A DNA stretch of 64,000 nt from the human T2T-CHM13v2.0 reference genome, Homo sapiens: assembly GCF_009914755.1 (NCBI RefSeq), contig NC_060929.1. One strand, 5' to 3'. The position numbers and the translations under genes were made by a program. Positions 13,215 to 25,627 of the stretch are shown piece after piece; the first letter of the stretch is position 1; every line of letters begins with the position of its first letter. Under the pieces are notes generated by a model, which saw only the letters and a list, made by a program, of their open reading frames with translations, did no database searches and had not been told where the DNA came from.

Positions 13215-13480
13215 TTCTTTGCCATTCAGTCTATTCGCTATCCAGTAGCCAGAGTAATTTTGATGAAGTATAAATGGAATTATGTCACTCCTGTCTTTGA
13301 AATCTTTCAATAGCTCCAAGTTGTCCTTAAAATTAATTACTGCAGGTATCCTTCCCATGGCCTGCCAGGCCTACTTGATTCTCTGCCTGTTTCATAAATC
13401 TCAGTTTACACCAGTCTCTTTCTTTGCACTGTAGTCTCTATCGCAAGTGTTCAATAAACATTTTTAGTGCTAAATTATTG
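13215..13480 (+). mobile_element. L2 LINE fragment
   Basis: GTAGCCAGAGTAAT...ATGTCACTCCTG..TGAAATCTTTCAATAGCTC; ends with TCAATAAACATTT. Confidence 0.55.
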
Positions 13481-15557
13481 GAAAAATAAGTGTCTGTCCA
13501 TCTATAAAAATTACTGACACTCAGACACTGGGCCAGCTCAGACACTCAGCTTCTTTCCTGCTTCATATCCCTTTTCCACCTTTATTTCTGGCCCCTGCCC
13601 CTTCTCCTGTCCTGCCAACCTGGAAGTCAGTGTACTCATGTTTGTTTTTATTATTTACTTATCTAAAAAAATAAAATAAGACTAATCACTAGCCTATGGG
13701 GGGATTTTTACAGCTTTCACCCTTCCTCTGTTATTCCCCAGTTCTGTCTTGGTACCTGTTTGCTGATCTTTTCATTGTTATCTCTCTTTTATTCCCCTTA
13801 TGGAGGACCCATAACTCTGCCAGTCCTCCTGCTGTGACATCTAAGCTAGCCTGCTCCTCCTATAGGCTAGTCGCACTACTGACTTTGCCTTATCTCTCAT
13901 TCCGAAAGAGCACAAATGCAGAGCCTGCAGACACAAATGCAAATCCCAGCCCAAATGCTTATTGGCCATATAAACCTGAGCAATTTCCTTAACCTGGCTT
14001 GAGTTTTCTCAGTTGGAAAAGGAGAAAATAATTGCTTTTCAGGATTGTTGTGAAAATTAAATGATAGAAAGTATAGAATATCACAGTACCTAGCACAAAG
14101 AAAGTCTTCAATAAATTTGTTTCCTTTCCTTCCTACTCAAACCAACTGGTCTTGTGTTCCACTGTAGGGTGGACGCTATTTGGTTCATATGTCTGTTCAA
14201 CATCTATTCTTCTTCCTGAAAACAACCTGATTTCCTTTTGGTAGATTTATCTATGCTGTACAGTTCTGGTGGGGCTGTACATTGGTAGCCTTATTCTCTG
14301 TGGACTTGATCCAAACTTGTCCCGTTAATTCCTTTACCCTTAGGCCTAAGAAAAGACACATGGATAGAAAAAAAAAATGGTGTCTGTATAGCCAGAGCTG
14401 CTCTTGCATCTGGTCCTGATTCCTCTCTGGCATCCAGACTTGGGTTTCCAGCCTCTGGTCCATTCCATAAAGTGCTTGTTATCCCTTTAATACATTCCCT
14501 ATATTGCTTAAGTAACCCGAATTGTTTCCTGTTACTTGCAAATGAAGACTCTTATCTGAGAAGTATTCCCCTGTGAATCTTTGAAGTCTCATTACGTTTT
14601 ACCTTGTTTTGTTGTAATTTGTATATTTGCAAGGCCAGATGCTATCTTTTAAAAGTCTGTTCACATATTTTTTTCTCCCACAAGACCTTTCTTAATATGT
14701 CTACTTGTTAATTTTTCTATTATTCAAACTATGACTGATGGTATTAATAACCAAGAGTCATTATTTGAATATAGATCTCTCATTTTCCTTTCAAGACTCC
14801 AACAGAATTAAATCAACTTTCTTAGTGGAATGATAGCTGGCTGATCTAACTAGTTTCATTAACTAAACTCACCAGAAAGACATATGCAAACCGCCTACCA
14901 GGTAAAGATATTTAAACAAGTAAGAGGTCTTCTCAATATACAACGCTTTACATTCCCAGAGGTAACCAAACAAGGGAGACAAGGATGTCAGATTGAAGGG
15001 TGCTTAATGGAGTCTTTCAGGGATTTCCTCCTGGAAGGTCAAAGAACACTCTACATCTGTGGCAGCCCAACCTACCTACACACAGGCTCTGAATGAATAA
15101 TAGATGCTTTATATACAGCCTCCTTGACCTTGAATTTATTATTTCCATTCTATAGGTAAAGAATAAATGGCTCATGGAACTTCAATGACTTGGAACACTG
15201 TATTCTGAATTTATCAAGGTCTCTAAATCCTGATCTTTTTCCACCTAACCTCATTAAAATGTTGATTAATGATAAGAGGTAGCAGATGCTAAAAGGAATC
15301 ATCATAGGGAGTGTCAAGTGAAGACTGAATTCTAATACCAGCCCTGCCACTGTCCAGCTAGTTGGGTCACCTTCGGGCAGTCACTCAGTTTGTTACAGGC
15401 TTTAGTTTTATTATTTATATTAGGTTGAAGTCTATGAAGTTGCTGTTTTTGCAGGTTACAAAAGGTTAGAGTTCAACAATTTGAGTAAAATGAGACTGTA
15501 GGATGAATATAACAACATGATTTGTTTTTGTCTATTATTTTCCATAATTACAATTTG

Positions 15558-15955
15558 TGCTATGATCTAAATGTGTCCTTCAAAATTCATATGTTGAAAC
15601 ATAATTGCCAGTGTGATAAAATGAATTATAATGTAAAAAGATAGAGCCTTTAGGAGGAGATTAAGTTATGATTATAAATGGAATTACTGACCTTATAAAG
15701 AGCTGGAGGGAACTAACTAGGCCCTTTATTGCCCTTCTGCCTTCTGCAATGTGAAGACACAGCATTCATGTCTTTTGTCCGTTTGCCCCTTCTGCCATGT
15801 GAAGATGCAACATGAATGCCTAACTCACCATACCCTGAATCTGCAGGCACCTTGATCTTGGACTTCCCTATGTCCAGAACAGTAAGAAATAAGTTGTTAT
15901 AATAAATTACCTGGTCTCATATATTTTACTATAGCAGCACAAAGAGAATAACACA
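15558..15955 (+). mobile_element. MSTD/MLT1A-type solo LTR
   Basis: Starts TGCTATGATCTAAATGTGTCC and contains GCACCTTGATCTTGGACTTCC. Perfect 5-bp TSD ATTTG at 15553-15557 and 15956-15960. Confidence 0.85.
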
Positions 15956-16739
15956 ATTTGGTAACTACCATGGTCTCTATGAAAAATTTTGCCATGATTA
16001 ATGGTGATGACATTGCAAGGTCAGGCAAGTCAGTTGATTCCTTGGGAGCTGCATTACTTAGTATTGACATGGGATGATTCCACCCAACCAGAAGCACAGT
16101 ATGATAATTTTCTATTGTTTCTATGCAATACATCAAGGCTTTAAAACTTGCATACCGAAGGCAAGGAAGCAGTGAATGCTAGAATAGCACACTGAAATCT
16201 TACTTCATGTGAAAATTTAAAATAAGGATAAACAGGAAGAACCCAGGGAATTGATCTGAATTTCATTTTCCTTTTGCCTTTTATCCCAATTACAGGACCA
16301 TTTCCAGGAGTGGCTGTCTCATGGAAAGCCCAGGAGTCTTTTGTTGTAATCAGGACAGGAAGCCTAATGCTTTAGGATGCTGTAATTACGTTTTCCATGA
16401 GTGTTTTCTCAGGGGACTGGCTTCAGAACTCAGAAAATTCTCCTCAAGGAAATGAAATTGTTCTGATTTAAAACTCATGGTTTCCACTGAAACTCGAGTG
16501 GTCTTTAGCTTCAGAAGTTTAGGACAGGAAGTGATGGGTAGAATTGAATAAACCTGAGGGTGAATGAAGTGGGAGATGCCATCTTTTAACTGTTACAAAG
16601 AGAGTCCAACTTGACCGCTTCCTATGTGTAGAAAGTTGGCATTATTGGAAAGTCTTCAGCATGGATGTCTGGTTAAGACAATGTAATCTAGATGTCAGCT
16701 GGGACATCTAGAGATCTAAAAAAATTATGATGCTGAGTT

Positions 16740-17275
16740 CTTCATCCATTTCTATTGCAGTGTAACAAACTATACCAAAATGTAGTGACTTAACACAACC
16801 ACCATTTTATTTGCTCATGATTCTAAGGGTCAAGAATTCAAGCAGGCCTTACTGGTGACATTGGCCAGGTCACTCAGTCAACTGAGTTAAGTTAGTTCCT
16901 TAGAGGTCCAAGAAGGCTTTATTTACGTATTTATATGTTGTATTTTTGTGCTTCTCTTGTATCTTGTTTCTCTTCATATGTGTAGCTTGGACTTCCTCAC
17001 AAAATGGTGGTCTCATGGTAGCATGATTTCTTATATGGTAGCTGGTTTCCAAGGAGAACTATTCTCAGTAGTGAAGTCAGAAGGCAGGGATCTCTTAAGG
17101 CCCAGCCTTAGATGTTATATGGCATCACTTCTGCTTCAGGTCATCCAGCCAGATTCAAGGGTATGGGAAACAGATCTCATTTCCTAATGGCAGAGTGGGA
17201 GAAGTAACATTGCAAAAACGCATGTAGAATGAGAAATATTGTTAGGGCCATCTTGGAAAAGATAATCTACCACAC
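16740..17275 (-). mobile_element. MLT1F/G/H-type LTR
   Basis: CTATTGCAGTGTAACAAACTATACCAAAATGTAGTGACTTAA...GGCCATCTTGGAAAAGATAATCTACCACA. Confidence 0.65.
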
Positions 17276-18401
17276 TTGCCTTATGAGAACCTAAAGCCAT
17301 TCTCATTATTTCTCTGATTTCTTGCTGCAGAGCACTTCATGGGAATGACTGAAGGCTTAATTGCAACTGCACAGCAATTCCATGTCTCCCTCTGCTTCCC
17401 CAGCTTCCTCTATGAGATTGTGGCTGAGACCACTCCCTAGTAAACTTCCTGCACACAATTCTCCACCTCAGATTCTGTCTCTTGGGAATTAACCTAAGAA
17501 AAATGTTTTTGTGTATTTTTCCCTAGTGAGAGAACTGCTCTTCTGTCAGAGACATCTCTTTATTCTCTAGGAAGATAAGCACTAGGGTAGGCATGCAAAG
17601 GAGTCATTTTTGAATATCCAAATTAGAGTTTTTCAATCTATATCAGGATAATAATATTGAAATCCAGTATTTGTTGTGTGAGAGGAATTGTAAATTTCAA
17701 ATTTTCTTTGCACATTTTATTTTTATATATGAAGAGACTAGCTGGATGTGATTCCAGATTTTAGAATTAATTTAAAGAGATAATGTAAACAGAATGCAAG
17801 GAGGATTCCATTCACACAGAAAAGAAAGTCAGAAAACAGTGTGACTCCCTCCTGGACCAAGACCCTGGAATGTGGTTAGTATCCCCAGAAAAAAATGGGA
17901 CAGTCCCAGAGATAAGTGGCTTACTCCTTGCTTTTTTGGAAGACTAGAAAACTTCAAACTGTTTTGTAGATAATTGATTAGTAGCGGCTAAGGGAGAGAT
18001 TTAGGTAAAGAAACAGACAAAAGTACTGCTCTCTGAGTCTGTCTTTGCTCTCATGCACAATAAAAGGTATCTGCATTTCCTGCAATCTCCCATAGGGAGC
18101 TCAGTGTTAGGCAAGCAGCAAGGCTGATATTGCAAGGGAGTGAAGTTGTCATTATTTCTTTATACATCTGAATAGTGGAATATAGTCATTCTATCGACAG
18201 ATGCAATCTCTGCCTCAAGGTTTTTACAGCCTACTTATTCATATTTATAGTTAATTTCAATGTTTTAGGGCAATAGCTAAGCTAGAGATAGCCACTGTGT
18301 GCTAGTGGATCACAGAGGAAGAACATTTGTACATCACTGGGGACCCTGGTTGAAGATGGTAACTAAGTTGAGTTCTGAAAGATGAGTAAAAATAGCTAGA
18401 G

Positions 18402-18512
18402 ATGGGTTGATAGGTGCAGCAAATCACCATGGCACACGTTTACCTATATATCAAATCTGCACATCCTGCACATGTATCCCGGAACTTAAAATTAAATTAA
18501 ATTAACACTTTA
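18402..18512 (+). mobile_element. Short L1PA 3' fragment
   Basis: ATGGGTTGATAGGTGCAGCAAATCACCATGGCAC...GAACTTAAAA. 14-bp TSD AAAAATAGCTAGAG at 18388-18401 and 18513-18526. Confidence 0.9.
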
Positions 18513-18539
18513 AAAAATAGCTAGAGGAAAGAGAGCAAA

Positions 18540-18665
18540 CCAGGAGCAGTGGCTCATGCCTGTAATCCCAGCACTTTGGGAGGCCGTGGCAGGAGAATTG
18601 CTTGAACCCAGGAGTCCGAGTCCAGCCTGGGCAATACAGTGAGATTCCATCTCTAAAAACAGAAA
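18540..18665 (+). mobile_element. FLAM (free left Alu monomer)
   Basis: Single monomer CAGTGGCTCATGCCTGTAATCCCAGCACTTTGGGAGG...CCATCTCTAAAAA. Confidence 0.8.
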
Positions 18666-18897
18666 GAGAAAGAGAGAGAAGACATTTAATACACACAGGA
18701 CAACTAAACAAAGGCACATTGGGAACAATAAACTAAGAGCCCAAACTGAAGTGGTAGCTTTGGATTTAGAGAAAGAAATAGTTCAATGGGGTATAAATAA
18801 CACAATTTAGTGATTTGTTGAATTTGGAGAGCAAGAGAGAAGGAGGGGTCTAGGACAACCCAAGGTTTGTATTATTAAGAGAGATGGTAAATTTGTG

Positions 18898-18900
<3 letters not shown>

Positions 18901-18930
<30 letters not shown>
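18901..18930. repeat. (GT)15 microsatellite
   Basis: Read directly from the sequence. Confidence 0.97.
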
Positions 18931-18932
<2 letters not shown>

Positions 18933-21900
18933 GCATAAGACTAAACAGCTTTAAAAAGATAACTGACAATAATCCAGTAGCTTACCTGAGATAGGCCTTT
19001 AAATACAGCTTCTTACACCTTAGTTCAAGGTCAGCATTCCAGGTTGGTGCGTAGCTCTGCTTCTTATTCAGTAACCCAGGTTCCTAGGTTGCTCTTCCAT
19101 TCCTTAAAGCCTTGTCATCATCTGCATTGAGGCTGGGTTCCATAGATTCCAGATGTTGCAAAGAGGAAAGAAAATGAAACATGGAAGAAACAGGTCTGGA
19201 CATCTTAAGTCTCAGAGCTGGAAATGGCACACACATTTTTTCACATTCCTTTGAGGAGAAATGAACGTGGTCACAACTAATGTCAAAAAAGACTGGGAAA
19301 TTTTGTATGTCTGGGAACGTCTATGTCAACTTGCAATTCCATTTCTATGAAGGAAGAAGATAATGGATTTTGGTGGACGGTGAGCAGTCTCTGCTACAGT
19401 TAAGTAAATGAAGGTGGCTAAAGAGTTATATTTAAGAGCCATTGAACTGTGAGAGTAGATGAGATCACAAGAGTGTGTGTGCAGATCAGAGAAGAGAGCA
19501 AAGAAGGAAGCAGCAACATGTAGAAGAGGAGCTCATGAAAGAGATCACAAAGGACTGTGCACAGATATAGTAGTATAACCTTATCTTTTTTGCTTAGACA
19601 TTTGTCATTCTTTTTGCCTGCCCAGCATCTAAGCCTTCTTCCTATGTTTGAAGAATTCCTCATCTCATACATTTTGGTAGGAGGAGAAGCCATCTCCTAA
19701 TATAGAGGTTGAAGATGCTACGTATTTCTCTCCCAGCCTTCCTTGTATTGAGAGTGTGAGCATGTGATGTAGCTCTCTAATCAAATGCATCTGTAAGTTG
19801 CAAGCTAGTAACGTAGAGCATGGGAAACTCGAGAAACCTCTGGCAGCAGCAGTGGTTGCAGTGAGATGGAGTTTTCAGGACAGCCATGGCAGTCATGCTA
19901 TGGCTGTGTCCAGAATCCAGTGCTAGTGATATTGGCAGTACAAACTGAAGTACTTAGTGCATATGTCAGTAATGATGATATTGGTGTTCCAAGCAGACCA
20001 CTTCTGCTGGATTATTTTAAGTATTGTTTCTGCCTGCATAGCTTGTGAGCACCTTCTCCATCTTCCTCTGAGATTCTTAGATCAATGCAAGATTATTACA
20101 ATAAATTCTTTTTTTCTTAAATAACCAGAATGTCTTTCTCCTGCAATTAAGAACTATGGCAATACATCTCTTAAAATGCACACTTTTGGTTTTTCCCTTC
20201 TATTTTAAGGGTCTTGTGAATACGTTTCAAAATATTGTCTAAGGAGAAAAGCATCTGCTTTTGAGAAAACGTAGAAGATCTAAATTTCTCGAGAAAAATA
20301 TGGATGTGCATAATTTAGGCACTGGGACATAGGTTGTGGTAATAATCTATGGTTCGTTACAAAAACCCCTACCATAATCAGGCGGGCAAACCTAGAAATC
20401 ATTATGATTTAGAAAATGTTCTAGGTTTTGTTTCCAGCAATACAAGGCTGGTGGTTTTGTTAAATTGCACGAACACTGGTTTAGATCTCAAGAGAAACTG
20501 TACATGTACTTTTAGCAGTGATTAAGTAATGGGAAGTGCAGAAGAAATGTTAAGCTATCAGTTCTTAATAATGCAAATTTCAAACACGATTTTAAATTTG
20601 TTTTCCAGGTCAGGTGACTCTTTTGTAAATTAACCTATTCTCATGGGAATCAGTTACACATGTTATATTATATTTCTAATATAAACCAGAAATCTGACAG
20701 CACTATTTTGCATTAGGGTTATTTTAAGTGACTTATTCTTTATGCCCCTTACTCCTTACCTTCTCCTAACCCTCTTTTCTGCCTCCTTTTACCAAGACCT
20801 TCCTAAGTGAACATCAACTTCTCTATTCCACATTCCCATCACTGGTCCTAGGTTATCCAACCATCTTTTCATTTTTTACTTAAAGAAATAAAAACATTTT
20901 GTGGGTTTGAGTGTACATTAAAATTTGCTTATCAAGGCAGTCTTAGCTTTGAGGTCAGGGGATTTTACTAAGCTTTGTTTTTGAGCAAAAAGATGAGGTA
21001 CAACTAGGAAGAACTGTACTCATTAAACAAAAAAAATACTAAAAAATTTTTAAAAACTTTAATTTTTAGCTAGTGCTACCCTGTGTCTGTGAATTTCAGG
21101 GCTGGAATTTAGCCAACCCCTACTTCTCTTATATGGAAATCAGAATATTATTTTTCGGCTATAATGCTTAAGAGTGGAACTGGGCTGATGCCCCAGGGTG
21201 CTGAATCGGTATTTATTGTTGATTTAGGCTGCCTCCTTTCCTAGCAATGAGGTTGGGGTGGGGCTTCAGTCCACAGAACAACAGCCCTGAGAGAGTTTGA
21301 ACCTGTCACACACACAGCTTTTGAAGCCCCACCCCCAAGCCACACCCCCATTTATTTTGTCCTCTAAACCTTGGAATGAGGTCAGAACATGTGGCAAACT
21401 TCAGAGCTGATACATAGAACTATGTTGTTTTGTTTCTCTCCAGTCCACACCTCAGTTTTTTTCTTTACCTAGGCATTTCTGTTATCTTGAGAATTTACTG
21501 AAAAAATGGTTTCGATTCTTAACTGTCCCCCAAACTCCATTGATTTCCTAGTTATTTCTAATGTTTATTTTTATTATCTGAAGACACTTGGAAAGGGTTT
21601 TTAAAAGCAGAAATAGGCTCCCAGCAATTTGTTTCCACCCTGTTAAAGACCTTATTAAGTTTATCTCATTAATTTGCTGGCAAAATCAGAGCACAGACTC
21701 TGTAAAACTTATCAACACACCATACCAAAAAAAAACAAAAAACAAAAACCACCTAATAATAATGTGAGTTTCTTTAAAGAGCCATCCACAAGTAGATAAA
21801 CTAGGGGAATAAGTTAATACCAACAGGGACTTAAGCCTTCTTCCTACCTCGGTGCTAGAATCTTGAGATAAGACTGATGGTCTGTTTTTTGTTCTTGAGT

Positions 21901-23034
21901 GGGTCAATGCTGAAGACATTGAAGAGTCACAATAATTCAGTATTGTTGGAATATCACGCAAGATAATGTTCTTAATAAAAGGAGAAATATAAAGATGAAG
22001 GAAAGTGAGTGAGAATGATAAGAAGAAAGGCACAATGAAGGAAAGTAAAACTAGGAGAAAAGAAGAGAGCAAAAAGGAACAGCAGCAGAAGGAAGGAGAT
22101 GGGGAAGAGAAAGAAAGGAAAATGTTAAAAAGATGAGAACTGTGTTCTCGTATAGTTCCAGATGCTAATTTATCTTCTCACTAGCCCAGGCTGCCTTGCA
22201 TAATCTCCAGAATGGAAAGAATTGGCCTCTTTTATGAAATAATCCCCAACTCTGTCTTCAGCCTGCCTTTGTGGTCTTAAGCAAATAAGGAGAAAATCAG
22301 CACAATTTGTTTGGGTCTTTGTCATTACTCATAGGAGAGTCTGGTTTAGAGACATGTAGGATCCACACAGTTATTTCAAATCAAAGTAATCTTATTTCTG
22401 AACTTTTGGATGTAGACTCTGCCAAAGCAGGGTTGAGTAACGTATCTGATTAATTGTAATGATCTGGCTCATTCAGACAAGAAAACTTGTATCTCCTACA
22501 CATTAGACTGTTGTTTTGAGTGCAGTTTTTGGAAATATGTTGAACTGATGAGGAGGCAGGTAATAACGCTCCTACTTTCAGCCTCAGGCTTAGTAGCTGT
22601 GTAGGTTAGGGAAATTTACCTAACATACCTGGTTCAACTGAACATCCATAACATGATCAAGTTGAATTCATTCTGTTCAGCTTGAACATTATACAACGGA
22701 ATGATTTAAGACCTTTCTTGAGACTCCTTACATATCTGATTTGTGAAGACACAGGTCATATGGAGATGAACACAGTAAGTATACAGTGTTCTAGAAAACG
22801 TGGGGGTTAAGAGCACAGGTTACAGAAGGCCTAATTTAAATCCCAACATTGTCACATAAACTTAGACAGGTTATTTATCCTATTTCACCTTAGTCCTTGA
22901 GCATTAAGATTTTTAAATGATTAAATATAGCTAATCCTAGTTCAAAATCAGTTGTCGAAAGGATGCAGATAACTTGACTTTTGTCTGACCTGCATACTTA
23001 AAAGATTACTTTTAAGTAAATACCCAAAGGAATA

Positions 23035-23550
23035 GATTACTGGGTAAATACCCAAAGGAATAGAAATCATTCCATTATAAAGATGCATACACTTGTATGT
23101 TCATTGCAGCACTCTTCACAATAGCAAAGACATGGAGTCAACCCAAATGACCATCAATGATAGACTGGATAAAGAAAATGTGGTACATATACACCATGGA
23201 ATACTATGCAGCTGTAAAAGAGAAAGAGATCGTGTCTTTTGCAGGGACATGAATGGAACCCATAATCCTCAGCAAACTAACACAGGAAGAGAAAACCAAA
23301 CACCGCCTATTCTAAGTGGGAGGTGAGCAATGAGAACACATGGACACAGGGAGGGAACGACACACACTGGAGCCTGTCGGGAGTAGTGGGGTGGGAGGGA
23401 GAGCATTGGGTAAATAGCTACTGTATGTGGGACTTAATACCTAGGTGATGGGTTGATACGTGCAGTAAAACACCATGGCAAACATTTACTTGTGTAACAA
23501 ACCTACACGTCCTGCAAATGTATCCCGAAACTTAAAATAAAATAAAATTT
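23035..23550 (+). mobile_element. L1PA (older primate) 3' fragment
   Basis: End of ORF2 and 3'UTR: ATTGCAGCACT.TTCACAATAGCAAAGACATGG...GAAACTTAAAATAAAA. Confidence 0.92.
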
Positions 23551-24954
23551 AAAAAAATGGTTACCCTTGCTCTCTCTACTTTCTCCTTCCATTTCACTGT
23601 AACATGGAGCTTCCACCCCACTGCCACATGGTAGCTAAGGTAATTGCTGCCCTTGCCAGCATCATCCTTTATTTTATTATTGTGAAATTCAAGACAGAAT
23701 TTCTTTGTCTTTGTGTTGTTTTTTTGTAGCATTTGCCAGTCTTCTTCTTTTTTAAAAATATTCTCTCAATTTCTGAAACACTATTCTTGTCAAGTTTTCT
23801 TCTGATCATTCCTTCTCTATTAGTTTTAGTCTCTCTTCTATAAATGTTCCCCTAAATGTTGGTATGTTTTAGAGTTCTTTCCAAGGACTCATCACTTTAT
23901 GTACTCTCATTAGAATTCACTTGGTCTCTGGGCTCCAATAACTGTCTCCAGTCCACACTTTTTCCTGAATCCTTTGTCTATTGGGCAGCTGAACCTAGAC
24001 ACCTCACATCTTACAAACACAAATGTGAAACACTACTCATTATTTCCTATAAAAATGTGTACCTCTTTTAAATTCTTTTCCCAGTAAATTCTCCCAGAAG
24101 ACAAAACAGAAACCTGAAATTCAGCTGTGACTTCACCTTCCCTACCTATCCCAGGACCTATATATTTCATCTCTTTAGAATGTGTAGGGTATGTTTACTC
24201 TCCATCTCTACTGCTATCATTTCTTTTTAGATTACTTCACCAGCCTCCTAAGTGACCTGTTTGTCTCCTCATTTTCCAACACATCTCCCATTTGAAAGAT
24301 CATTCTTGCCTCAGACAAATCCGTTCTGTCAATCCCCTTTTGAGCATAGAAGATCCTCCTCCATGATTTGAACATTGACTCAGCCAACTCCCCCCTCAAC
24401 AGTTGCTTCCTCTCCTACATTCCCCATTCCCACTCATCTGAACTACTTGGGGTCCTCGCCAATGAAGCATATTTTTGAATGTCACTTAGCTGAATGCCAT
24501 TTAGCACCTTTGTCCCTCAATCTTGTGATTAACTCCAATTTATCTTTTGATGAGTTAAGGAATAATTTGCTCTGAGAAAACTCTACCCCAACTCTTTGCT
24601 GAGCTACTGAATTCCTGTTTGTCTTTTTTCACAGAACTTCTCACAAACTATATATTTATTTATTAATTTAAAATTTTCTCTTAGAGCCAGAGAGAAGGCC
24701 GTGTTACTACTCACTATAAAAGTAGTGGAATCCCTAAGTTTAGTCTTCCTCAGGTGAAATACAGTCTCACTATGTATATAGAATCCATCTGGATCCCTCC
24801 GAGGTGCAACTCTGGCAAGTACAGCAAGAGAAATCAAAGCAACTGTGCTAATGCTCATGCTCCTTGTGGTGTGAGTGATAAAATCCTTTCTGACATGCAA
24901 ACCTTGTGTTTTCTATAAAGCATCTATGAAATCAGTAATCAGTTGACTTAGTAG

Positions 24955-25303
<349 letters not shown>

Positions 25304-25627
25304 ACAAAACCAACTATCTTTTTTTAGGCAAAAGTTTTTAACTGTGAACTCAAATTATTTAATATCTGTATGACTACTCATGCTATTTTCTCTTTAGCGA
25401 GCACAGTCTCTGCCTTTCAGGGAATTTATTTATTTCATCTATGTTGTTGAATTTACCTAAACAAAATTGTTTATAATATTTTCTTGTTATCCTTTTATTT
25501 TCTGTAGAAAGTGAAGTGATGCTATCTATTTCTTTATCAAAACTGGTCATTTGTTCTCTCATTTCTCCCGATGACTAAAAGTAAACATTTACCAATTTGC
25601 TTTATCTTCTCAAAAAATTCAACTTTT

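Noticed and set aside
15417-15482. Possible MADE2 (mariner MITE) remnant, ATTAGGTTGAA...GTTCAACAAT
   Set aside because: The inverted termini are too degenerate to call without a Dfam search.
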